A DNA stretch of 64,000 bases from the human T2T-CHM13v2.0 reference genome, Homo sapiens. Where the stretch lies: NCBI RefSeq assembly GCF_009914755.1, contig NC_060931.1. One strand, 5' to 3'. The notes under the pieces are model-generated. The model did no database searches, was not told the DNA's origin, and was given only the letters and a program-made list of their open reading frames with translations. Shown piece after piece: positions 16,191 to 34,912 of the stretch (positions within the stretch are counted from its first letter, which is position 1; every line of letters starts with the position of its first letter). The translations under genes and the position numbers were made by a program.

Positions 16191-16699
16191 TAATTAACTA
16201 TGAATGGAGAACGGATGCAATTAGAAGGAATATTTTCATTGCAAGTAACAGAGACTTCACTGAGAGTTAACTCAGAAAATTTAAGAAAATATATGACTTG
16301 GAATAGACCTAACTCCGAAACCAAGTATCTGGAAGTCTCTCTCCTCCACTTGGCACCTGTTCACCCTTCTCTTCTGCCCAGATTCCTCACCATCTATTCC
16401 AGTAGGTAAGCATCAGACTCAGGGGTTGTGCAGGAGGGTGTTCCTTGTTTTTTTAAAAAAAAGCTCACTGGGAGTTCTACTGTACTGCCTCAGTAGAGAG
16501 CTCCATTTCCACACTCCAATCTTCCAACCCCAGTAACTTACACATGCAAAAGACATTGGCTTGTACTTTCCCAGTCTCAGACTCAAAATATCATTTTGTC
16601 CCTTTGATCTGCAGTTAATGGCTTACTCTACATTTCCTAATCCCTTAAAAATTATCACCCAACATTTAAAAGAAATAAAGTTGAAAAAAATATAGATAA

Positions 16700-16890
16700 T
16701 ACAGTAAACTGAGTGTTTGCTTATATCATTTGATTCTCACAGCAATCACCCAAGATAAATATTTTTATGATTGCCCATTTCATTGATGAAAAGACTAAAA
16801 CTGAGGGAGGATAAGGATCTTGTGCAAGGTCACATGGCTAGTAAGAGCTAAGGTCCATCTCAATATAAGGTCCATGCTTTTAACCATTAC
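16700..16890 (-). mobile_element. MIR
   Basis: cccatttcattgatgaaaagactaaaactgagggagg...caaggtcacatggctagtaag. Confidence 0.7.
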
Positions 16891-16999
16891 CGCCAACACA
16901 ACTCTCATATAGGCACTGGTGAATTTGAACTCATAGGCAATGTCTAAAAGTATTTGTTTTCTTGAAGCTCTGCCAGCAACAAATATTAAACTTCTGGAT

Positions 17000-18200
17000 T
17001 CTTGACAATCTGATATCTCATTACAGTTTAATTTTTTTGAGAATTAAGTATATTTTCATATGATAAAGGGCCATTTGTATTTAGTTTTCTTTTAACTGTC
17101 TGTTCATATCCTTTGCTCTTTATTTAGTTATTACATCTTCCTAATTTTTTGAAGTTCTTTACAAATAAATACTTTTAGTCCTTTAGCTATGATAGGCTGC
17201 ATGTTTTTTCCAAAATTTGTCAGAGTATTTTAATCCTGCTTATGAGGTTTTCTGCCATGTCAGTGTATTAAGATTTTTTAATTGTTTCTCAGTTTTGAAT
17301 CATATACAGGAGAGTTTCCTCCACTCCTAAGTGCTTGCATGATTTTATTTTTTATATTTAGAAGTTACCCGGAATTTGGAATTTGTTCTAGTATATCATG
17401 TGAGGAACACATCTAGTTTTATCTTTCTCCATATGGCTATCTGGTTGTTCCAACACTATTTATTAAAAAGTCCATCTTTTTCTCACTGATCTGACTGAGA
17501 TGCTATCATTTTCATATACTAAATTTTTGGCCAAGGAAACGAAAAAAGTAACAGAGACATTATCCAATAGCCAAAAACTAAAAACAATCCACATGTCTTT
17601 CAAAGGTTGAATAAAGAGTTCAAGGTTGAAAAATAAATAGCAAAAATAGCTAGAAAAAGTGCAGTAACTGGATGAGGAGGGAGGTTGTCTAGCCCTAACA
17701 GATATTAAATGTTATAAAGTCTCCACAATTAAAAATTGTGGCAAAGTTACAAATATGTTTACTGTTGATTCAGAAATCCCATCTGTAGTATTTCCCAAAA
17801 TACACTTTGTAAAATAGAAAATAACCCAAGCATGAGGATATCATGCCATCAATTGTAAAAGCAAATAAACTGTGATTCATCCATTCAAGGCAATGAGGAA
17901 AAGCTCTAGATCTCTCATACAGAGTGATCTCAAGGAAAACAACTAAATGAAAAAGCATGGTGCAAATAATGTTTCAATATAATACCTTCCTTATGAGTGG
18001 GAGGGAGAGATAAAATTAAAATGGGAAAAACAACAACAAAAAAAGGATTGCCAAAAGAAGCAATAGAAAGATTGACCAAAAGTGGTTAATATGATTACTT
18101 ACAGAAGCAGAGAAAGAACAAGGTAAAGGAAACAGGGCTGAAAGATTTTTGTGAATATATCTTATTATATATTGTTTTGACTCTGAAAACAAACATTTTT
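17000..18200. mobile_element. Old L1M fragments on both strands
   Basis: L1 ORF2 3' motifs (-) at 17000-17530 and A-rich L1ME-like pieces (+) after it. Confidence 0.55.
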
Positions 18201-18229
18201 CCTTAATTTTTATCTTTACATTCTTTAAC

Positions 18230-21370
<3,141 letters not shown>

Positions 21371-22559
21371 ACAACACCTGCAGCTGATAGCTCTGTTCTA
21401 GCACTTGATAATATTCTAAGCCATGGGTCAAGAAATGCTAGGTCAGGGTGGACTTCTGTTGAGTCTGGGGGAACAGAATGTATCCTACCACTGTGCTGTC
21501 CCAAGCTGCCTCACCTTCTTACCACATTTTAGACTTCTCCTTTGGTTATCTCTTATACCATCTTTTCTGGACCTCATGTGTGCGAATGTTTTAAATCATT
21601 TTAAAAGCATTATATATTTAAAAGTTTCATCTCTAAATGAACATTCTAAAATACAAAATCAGATACCAAAAATATGATGATGTTATTCTGTTTTTCCTTA
21701 AGAAGGAACAGGTCCATTATTGTCAGGGTGTGCTCAGCCTGAGGTCAGTAATAATAGAACCTAGGTATTATCTTCATCATCAAAAAGCACTGTCCTCCAC
21801 TCTCACCAACCTTCTACTCACCACATTTTAAAGTAATATATAAAATTTATACTACTGGCACTAATAAATTCAAACATGCCATATTTTTCCTTCAACATTA
21901 GGATGAAGCAGAGAATCCAAAAGGATTAGAAATGCTCTCCCCTTCACACTTTGAAGGAAACATCGCTGGATCAATTTAGTTCACAAATGTGTTTTACAAG
22001 GAGAAATGAGTCTTATATATAGGTAATTATAAGACCAACTCCTCAGATTCCTACTCTTGTGTGCAAAAGCCACACTCAAATCAACTTTTATTTATCCTAT
22101 GGAAAAAAAGGTAAATGTTAAACTAAATTTAAACTATCTTTTAAAATATATCGTGAAAAATGCATACAAAAAGCTTGTGACATAGTTCAACAGTTACACA
22201 GTCTACTTCACTTTTAACTTCCAGCCATCAGCTTCCATCATTTCATGTATTAAGTGTGTTTTAGAACCACTGTAAAAATATAATTTGAAAGGTGTCTTTT
22301 AAGAAAACATTCAGAAGTAAAAATAAAACCTCTATGTTATAATATTTATTTTTAGAAGTCTTCATTAATTACAATATCCTTCTATGGTGCCTTAAAGATG
22401 GTGTTGTATCTCAAAAGTCACCAATCAAATAATTTATTTAAGCCAAGCTAATTCAAAATAGCAAATGGGCAGCCACTTTTCCAAACATTGTGATGTCCAG
22501 TAAGAAGAGCAAGAGAGATGAGATACCTATTTATGTATAAAATGAGGTGTACTATATAA

Positions 22560-22760
22560 CTATTCATTATGCCTTATACCACAATATCATATTAAAAAAA
22601 AAAACAGTACAAGTAGGGACCATTATCACTGTTTCAAGGAGAGAAAACTTTGGACACAGAAAGGTTAACTGGCTTGCCCAAGGTGACACGGCAAGTAACA
22701 GGCAGAACCGCTATTCAAACCCAGGTAGTCTGTCTCCAAGGTCTCTGGATCTTAACCAAA
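22560..22760 (-). mobile_element. MIR
   Basis: aaggttaactggcttgcccaaggtgacacggcaagtaa...attcaaacccaggtagtctg. Confidence 0.8.
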
Positions 22761-25034
22761 CACCACAATGCAGAGAGACTTCAGCCCTAGGAAATCACCA
22801 AAGGAGTGCATGTCTGGCTGCAAGATAAAAAGGCAAAATAAATGTCAAATCTTTAAAACAAGGATTCTATTTTAAGAGAAATAAGGACAAAACAAATGGC
22901 ATTCCATTCATTGACACTGCAACAAATACAGCATAAAATCAGTTAAATATTCTTATTCTGACACTGCTAAAAAAAAAAAATCAAAGGATGCAAATCTCAC
23001 TGATCTCAAAAGGTCTGCAAAGAAGTGAAATACTCCTGAATAACATGCAACAATTTTAAAATAAGCAAACAGTAGTTATCAAAATAAACTAAAAGGAAAT
23101 TTAATTGCTCCCATATATAGCGCATTAGCAAAGGATAATGAATATTTTTCAACAATTTGCATATTTCAATTTGTAACAAATGCAAAAACATTGGATTTCA
23201 ATGCTGAGGCGTCTTCAATTTTCTATCTCATAGGTTATTCTGAGAACAAACATGAAAAGCAAAAAGTCTCATCATAAAGCAAACAATCTGTGGACTGCAA
23301 AATTAAAAGAAGGTTTAAGATAGTTTCAAGTCCAATAACAAAATATCTCTTTTAGCTATTAAACGATCTCATTCTATTTAATAAACAGAATCACTTAATG
23401 CTTTCCATCTGCAAATCTCTGGTATAAAACCATGAAACTACAAATAAAGTACTTATAAAATGTCCTCATTATAAAAAAGCAATCAGATCTGTCACCACTC
23501 AGAACTTAAAAACAAATAGAAAAACTAGAGGATTTGAGTGGAAACAGGAAGAAAAGTCCAACATCAGAATATTGTTTTATTAAATTTAATGGAGAAATTA
23601 AAATTTAGGGGCCCTACTATTAGGCTACTGAAAGAGAAAGAGAAGTTTAGAAGTTGTGCTAGAAGAAGCACTACCATGCAAAACTCAATGACCTACAAGA
23701 AAGTCAGCCTCCTTTTCCTTCTTTCTCTTGAACATAATCAACTGGGGTTATTATTATTATTCAACTCCTGTCCTTACTGTAAAAGGGAAACCAAGTCCAA
23801 CATCACACCATCAAGAAAGGTGTAAGCAACTAGTCCTATAATACACCACTATCTCAAGCAACAAAATGACTGTTCATTACTGGTGCTGTCATTTGGGTGT
23901 TTTCGCTCAACTGGAAATGTAACCCTATGTCATTTGTACCATAAAAAAGAAAAACATTCTAGTCTTCAAAAACCATCAGTATCTTCAATTATGGAAATTC
24001 CCATCAGAACTTATAATCACACTTGTATTTCAATTGGAGACATGTAAATAAAACTCATTTTTAAAGTAAAAGGACCTGAATTATATCCCCAAATGGGGAA
24101 GTACTTCAATAATTCTTCCTGGAGGAGGGAAAGAATTGCTGTTTCACATTAAGTCCCTGGAATTCCTGCCAATAGAATTTCAACCGCCTGAACCTCACTT
24201 CTAGCTTTCCATCTCAGCACAGGCCAAAGCCTGTACTTGTGAAAAATTCATCACTCTCCCAATAAAGCAATTTTGCCAAAAACTGTAGATCCCTTTTTAC
24301 TCTGAGTGCTGTAAGAGGGGACCATACAGAAGAAAGGCATACACTGAGATGGCTACTGCAGCTCCACTCTCAAATATAACAATGAAAGACTGGTTTGTGA
24401 TAAATTATAATATTCTTGCCATGCTAGAAAACTAATGAAAGTCTGTCTTTAAAAAGGGAAGCACCAATCTAGAGAGAAAAAAACTATATTTCAATACTCC
24501 AAAGAGAAGAGTGGATGCTGTCATCCTGGTTATATGAATGCAACATAAATTATGCTATAATATACTCTCACTTTAGGTGTATAGTTATGGTTTATGTACA
24601 TGTATATATTTCACTCTAAAACCATTCAAAAATATCTAATGATTACCAATTATGTATCAAGCATTGTCAAGATACATGGATGAAAAATCAGTTCTGCCCT
24701 TAATGAAATTCTAGTCTCATGGTGAACAAACATTTAAATAAATACTGTAATCCCCTCAAAACCATCAGCAGGTTACTTTCTTTAAAGTATTTTGGCAAAA
24801 TTACAGTTTTCAAGATCAAGGTCTTAGGTAAAACAGAGAAAAAAAACTGGAGATAGACAAATACAAAAAGTGTGTAAAAAAAAAAAAAACCCACCCATGT
24901 GTGCACACACACAATAGTAAGTAAAACTTTTAAAAAGTGTGAGCTTAGAGACCTGGTCTTCTAAGTGACCCTTTTCTTGTATCAACTGTGCAAGAAAAAT
25001 GTGGTGACATTCAAAAAGCCTAAGTTAATCTTAC

Positions 25035-25210
25035 GCAGCCATCTCTGTCCAGCGGTCATTTGGAGATATAAGCGCATATTTCCCTGGGTCTAGTCTTCCA
25101 TCTGCATTAAATAATGGTAGAATACAACTAGACCTCCTCTGCCTGTGCTACCAGAGACCTACCAGCATATCTGTGGGAGTGGATGGCAGTAATGTTGTCT
25201 GGCTTTACCA
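25035..25210 (-). other. Candidate 176-nt exon (non-coding, UTR or L1-ASP target)
   Basis: Minus strand: ttacttttgttacctttcag|TGG...GCTGC|gtaaga. Retains CpGs in a CpG-poor neighbourhood. Stops in all frames from the acceptor. Confidence 0.35.
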
Positions 25211-25913
25211 CTGAAAGGTAACAAAAGTAAACATCACATATGTTAAACTGAGCAGATGTTAAAATGCTGGTTACAAATATAAACTGAAGTAATTCAAAAA
25301 TGTGTCTGACAAAACTTTAATAGTGGAGAAATCACAGTACAATATGGGAACTGCCATAAGATAGTAAGATCCATGCAAGTATCACCCAAATTCCCCTTTT
25401 TCTATGAAATGAAGCAATTTTTATACTGAGAATGAGAGACTGCTGGCTTTTTTTTAAAAAAGACAGCTTAATTATAATGAAATAGTGCATTTCTCTTCAC
25501 TTTTGTTTCCCTTCCCAGATTATGTGAATACATTTCTCGTCTTTAACTGCAGAACAGCAATATGGCATTCTAACATCTATTTCCTATGAAAAATTGTGAG
25601 AAACAATCATCTAGGGAGGAAAAAAGATAGATTCACTATCCATGCACAACTACTACTAACATCTTCATATTTCCTTCCAGCCTTTGTTCTGTCTGTAACA
25701 TGTTTGTTTTACCTAATTTTGATCACATGAGACACTATTTTCATGGCAACATGACAGGTGATTACAGAATTCAAAACTTTGTCTAATCTAATAGATGGAA
25801 ATGGTATTTAGTTGTTTGCGCTGTTTTAAGTACTACTAAAATTGACCATTTTTCACCATATTGTTATTGTAAATCAATTCAAGAAAGAATTAATAAATTG
25901 ATATGTACCATGC

Positions 25914-26104
25914 TTTATTTATTTATTTTATTTTATTTTTGAGATGGAGTCTCGCTCTGTTGCCCGGGCTGGAGTACAGTGGCACAATCTCAGCTCACTG
26001 CAACCTTTGCCTCCCGGGTTCGAGCAATTCTCTTGCCTCAGCCCTCAGCCTCCCAAGTAGCTTGGATTACAAGTGCCCCCGTCCTCCCACCACACCCAGC
26101 TTTG

Positions 26105-26137
<33 letters not shown>

Positions 26138-26267
26138 TTGTAATTTTAGTAGAGATGGGGTTTCACCATGTTGGCCAGGCTGGTCTCGAACTCCTGACCT
26201 CAAGTGATCTGCCCACCTCGGCCTCCGAAAGTGCTGGGGTTACAGACATGAGCCACCACGCCTGGCC
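25914..26267 (-). mobile_element. AluS (Sz/Sx-like) with expanded middle tract
   Basis: Antisense dimer with a 7-bp internal duplication (cctcagc) and a (GTTT)n middle region. Confidence 0.92.
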
Positions 26268-26823
26268 TTTATGTTTAAATACTAAGGCTGAAGAAAGAGA
26301 AGTGGTTAAGTAACAAAATATTCTTAAAAGGTAAAAGATAAGAGTATATTTCTACTTCTCAATGTTCAACATGTACCCAAAGACGGCACCCTTAAAAAAT
26401 TCACCTCAATAGCATTAAAGAAGTTTTTTAAAGCACAGTTTAAATTAACAATAAAAGTCTTTGATTAATTGGAACATGACATAACAATTGCTATAAGAAT
26501 TCAAAAAATATATATCAGATTGGGGTGCCCTGGAAAGGTTTTAGATGAGAAACAGATTTGAGCTGGTTCTTAAGCAAGCCTGCAGCCTGGGTGGAAAAAA
26601 AGACGGACATACAGAAACCAGAGAACAACTTAAAAAACAGGTTTGGTTAAAGTAAACTTATAAACTGTTCAGGAAGGTGTGCCCTTTAAGTTAACAAGCA
26701 AGACAGACCTGGAAGAGTGGAGATGACAGCTAACATGATGGTAGAAGGTAATATGGTAGAAAGTAAGAAAATAGCAAACTTCAATGGAAAATAACTAAAA
26801 TTCAAAGCCTAACCTTTGGGAAA

Positions 26824-27324
26824 TTACCCTAAATACAGAGTTGAAGAAATCTGAAATGCTAAATAAGAAAAAGAAGAGCCAGGCAGTTCCAAGATGGCTG
26901 AATAGGAACAGCTCCAGTCTACAGCTCCCAGCGTGAGCGACACGGGTAATTTCTGCATTTCCAACTGAGGTACCGGGTTCATCTCACTGAGGTGTGTCAA
27001 ACAGTGGGTGCAGGACAGCGGGTGCAGCCCACTGAGCGAGATCCGAAGCAGGGTGAGGCAATGCCTCACCCGGGGAGCACAAGGGGTAAGGGAATTCCCT
27101 TTCCTAGCCAAGGAAAGCCGTGACAGACAGCACCTGGAAAACTGGGTCACTCCCACCCTAATACTGCACTTTTCCAAGGGTCTTAGCAAACAGCATACCA
27201 GGAGATTATATACGGCGCCTGGCTTGGAGGGTCCCACACCCACGGAGCCTTGCTCACTGCTAGCACAGCAGTCTGAGATCAAACTGCAAGGCGGCAGCGA
27301 GGCTGGGGGAGGGGCACCTGCCAT
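26824..27324 (-). CDS. LINE-1 ORF0, intact start, extended to 166 aa
   Basis: MAGAPPPASLPPCSLISDCCAS...IRVGVTQFSRC matches ORF0. Kozak gcgATGG. No stop until 57 nt beyond the L1 5' end. Expression not shown. Confidence 0.5.
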   Translation of the reverse strand: MAGAPPPASLPPCSLISDCCASSEQGSVGVGPSKPGAVYNLLVCCLLRPLEKCSIRVGVTQFSRCCLSRLSLARKGNSLTPCAPRVRHCLTLLRISLSGLHPLSCTHCLTHLSEMNPVPQLEMQKLPVSLTLGAVDWSCSYSAILELPGSSFSYLAFQISSTLYLG

Positions 27325-27641
27325 CGCTGAGGCTCGAGTAGGTAAACAAAGCAGCCTGGAAGCTCGAACTGGGTGGAGCCCACCGCAGCTCAAGGAGGCC
27401 TGCCTGCCTCTGTAGACTCCACCTCTGGGGGCAGGGCATAGCTGAACAAAGGCAGCAGAAACCTCTGCACATTTAAATGTCCCTGTCTGACAGCTTTGAA
27501 GTGAGTAGTGTTTCTCCCAGCACAGAGTTTGAGAACTGAGAACGGACAGACTGCCTCCTCAAGTGGGTCCCTGACGCCCGAGTAGCCTAATGGGGAGGCA
27601 CCCCCCAGGAGGGACAGACAGACACCTCACATGTTTGGGTA

Positions 27642-27770
27642 CCCCTCTGAGACAAAGCTTCCAGAGGAATGATCAGGCAGCAACATTTGCTGTTCAGCAA
27701 TATTCGATGTTCTGCAGCCTCTGCTGCTGATACCCAGGCAAAATGGGTCTGGAGTAGACCTTCCACAAAC
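27642..27770 (+). promoter_or_regulatory. 129-bp 5' UTR segment (ZNF93-binding region) retained
   Basis: 129 bp present between gggta and tccaacagacc, where L1HS/L1PA2 carry a deletion. Confidence 0.75.
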
Positions 27771-27898
27771 TCCAACAGACCTGCAGCTGAAGGTCCTGAC
27801 TGTTAGAAGGAAAACTAACAAACAGAAAGGACATCCACACCAAAACCCCACCTGTACATCACCATCATCAAAGACCAAAGGTAGATAAAACCACAAAG

Positions 27899-28910
27899 AT
27901 GGGGAAAAAGCAGAGCAGAAAAGCTGAAAATTCTAAAAATCAGAGCACCTCTCCCCCTCCAAAGGAACGCAGCTCCTCGCCAGCAATGGAACAAAGCTGG
28001 ATGGAGAATGACTTTGACGAGTTGAGAGAAGAAGGCTTCAGATAATCAAACTTCTCTGAGCTAAAGGCAGAAGTTCGAACCCAACGCAAAGAAGCTAAAA
28101 ACCTTGAAAAAAGATTAGACGAACGGATAACTAGAATACCCAGTGTAGAGAAGTCCTTAAATGACCTGATGGAACTGAAAACCATGGCATGAGAACTACG
28201 TGATGAATGTACAAGCTTCAGTAGCCGATTCAATCAACTGGAAGAAAGGGTATCAGTGATGGAAGATCAAATAAATGAAATGAAGTGAGAAGTTTAGAGA
28301 AAAAAGGGTAAAAATAAATGAACAAAGCCTCCAAGAAATATGGGACTATATGAAAAGACCAAACCTATGTCTGATTGGTGCACCTGAAAGTGACGGGGAG
28401 AATGGAACCAAGTTGGAAAACACTCTGAAGGATATTATCCGGGAGAACTTCCCCAATCTAGCAAGGCAGGCCAACATTCAAACTCAGGAAATACAGAGAA
28501 CGCCACAAAGATACTCCTCGAGAAGAGCAACTCCAAGACACATAATTGTCAGATTCACCAAAGTTGAAATGAAGGAAAAAATGTTAAGGGCAGCCAGAGA
28601 GAAAGGTCGGGTTACCCACAAAGGGAAGCACATCAGACTAACAGTGGATCTCTCAGCAGAAACTCTACAAGCCAGAAGAGAGTGGGGGCCAATATTCAAC
28701 ATTCTTAAAGAAAACAATTTTCAACCCAGAATTTCATATGCAGCCAAACTAAGCTTCATAAGTGAAGGAGAAATAAAATCCTTTACAGACAAGCAAATGA
28801 TAAGAGATTTTGTCACCACCAGGCCTGCCCTAAAAGAGCTCCTGAAGGAAGCACTAAACATGGAAAGGAACAAACAGCACCAGCCACTGCAAAAACATGC
28901 CAAATTGTAA
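27899..28910 (+). pseudogene. L1 ORF1, disrupted
   Basis: Starts MGKKQSRK. TAA at codon 49 (28043-28045) and further lesions. C-terminal 186 aa open. Confidence 0.93.
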
Positions 28911-28973
28911 AGACCACCGAGGCTGGGAAGAAACTGCATCAACTAACAAGCAAAATAGCCAGCTAACATCATA

Positions 28974-32796
<3,823 letters not shown>

Positions 32797-33205
32797 ACAG
32801 TGAGAACACTTGGACACAGGAAGGGGAACATCACACACCAGGGCCTGTTGTGGGGTGGGGGGAGGAGGAAGGGATAGCATTAGGAGATATACCTAATGTA
32901 AATGATGAGTTAATGGGTGCAGCACACCAACATGGCACATGTATACATATGTAACAAACCTGCACGTTTTGCACATGTACCCTAGAACTTAAAGTATAAT
33001 TTAAAAAAAGAAAAAAAATGCACACAAACATGAAATCAGAATGTAGACTCACATATATCCTTTCAAAATCTCATTAAATAAATTGTGAATTATTTTTTAA
33101 TTAAACACTTTCTATTTTTAAATGCAAAAAAAAAAAAAAGAAAAGCCATCAAATCAGCAAGAAAAAACTTAGGGTAGGCCGAATTACCAAAATGTAGCCA
33201 GGAGA

Positions 33206-33327
33206 GGCAGGCATGGTGGTATGCACCTGTAGTCCCAGGTACTCCAGAGGCTGAGGCAGGAAGATATCCTGAGCCCAGAAACTTGAGACTAGTCTGAGTA
33301 ACACAAGGAGATGCTGTCTCAAAAAAG
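33206..33327 (+). mobile_element. FLAM-like Alu monomer
   Basis: Single 7SL-derived arm with a short A-tail. Confidence 0.75.
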
Positions 33328-34449
33328 AAGCCCACTATCACCATTAATATTCTTTAAAAATTTTTGAATGTGATATGAAACAGAGTAATACTATATTTTG
33401 CAGAAATAATAAATATCTACAGAAAATTTATTAACAATGTTTAGTAAAGAAGCCATGTACATAATAAAAAATTGCAGTCTCTTATACTAACAACTAGGTA
33501 AAAATTAACACAAGAAGAAAGCCCATAAGAACAACAAAAGTTATAAAATGCTTAAACTGAGCAAGAGTTTATGTAACAAAACTGTTTTACAATACTGTAA
33601 TTTAACAAATTGATCAATATAAGAAATCACTCAAATAAATGGAGGAAGAACATGTTTCCTTATGAAATAGGTAAATATGGCAAAAATGTCAATTCCTTTT
33701 TAGTTAATGCCTATATTTCTTGGAATATTAGTCAAACTATCAAATTTGTTGACAAAATAAATCAAAACTTAATCTCAAAGAATATGTTGTCAAATACCCT
33801 AAAAAAGAAACATGGAAGAGACAAGGCATTGTTGCCTTTCTTGACATACTTATTACAAAGTACCAATCATTAAAACCCTAGTGTATTATCACGAATTTAG
33901 AAAAGGAAATTGATGTAAAAAGTAGGAGCCCCAGAAAAAAAACTAATTATATGGAGTTTAACATATGCTAAATTAGATATCACCAAGCCAAAAGATTGGG
34001 AAGAATTACTTGAAAAATAATTAGGGATCACCATAGGATACTTTCAACTTAAACCTATACCTTACTGTATAAAATATGCTATAGTAGTGATAAATTTTAA
34101 AACCAACTTATCAAAGTAGAGACAGAAATGAAAACTGAGCATTTCTTAGGTTTCTGTAAAGATACTAATTTTCCTCAAGCTTTGCCGCAAGAGTAGGAGA
34201 AAACACAAAGCTGAAAAAGAGAAGATCCAAAGATCTGAATATGCAAAAAATGTAGAAAATCTCCACACACCATTAAATAACTAAAGAAAACGAAGAGTTG
34301 CCTTAAATTTTCAGCTGTTCTTTATAAAACCATTCTAAGAAGGAAGAACTGAAGACCATCAGCCTGAGTCAATACAATAAAAGTTTAGTACTGTATTTTT
34401 TTTACCCTAACTCCTATTAGAGGTAGTATCCAGAATTTTCCACTCTAAG

Positions 34450-34912
34450 GAAAGTTCCAGCGTGACCACTCAATAGGAAAGAGATGGGATACTCAAAATG
34501 GGATAACATGGAGGGTTTCTTTACAGAAGGATGATTTACAAGGTGTGGGTGAAGAGAAACCATTAGGGATGGGAAGCAGGCCTGGGTTAGCAGCAGCTGA
34601 GTTGTTACCTCCTAGGCTGGAAAAGGAGAGATGAGGAGCAGCTCCTGAAACCCCAGGAATAGTCACACATGTGGTTGCTTTATGGGGAGCATGAGCTTTG
34701 GCTCAGGAACACGGCCCACTTCAGATGCCCCTGCAAGGGAAGAGCCAGGGGAATGAACATTTTGACTTCTCTTTCCTCCCTCTGCTTCTGTCAGGCTCTC
34801 CATGGACCAAACTCGACTACAGCCATCCACAGGGGAAAGCCTCTAGAGCAGAAAGCAGGACGGAGGAGGGTGGAAAATGGGTCTAGAAAAGCAAATGAAA
34901 AAAATCTGGTAC
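34450..34912 (-). mobile_element. ERVL LTR33-like solo LTR
   Basis: caataggaaagagatgggatactcaaaatggg...gggtggaaaatgggtctagaaaagcaaatgaaaaaaatctggtaca. Confidence 0.6.

Noticed and set aside
23151-23162. Overlapping AACAAT and ATTTGCAT (SOX/OCT-like)
   Set aside because: Wrong order and spacing for the composite element. Isolated octamers are expected in AT-rich DNA.
26860-26880. TSD for the full-length L1
   Set aside because: Only an A-rich partial match (aagaaaaaRaa) to the tail region, so not called.
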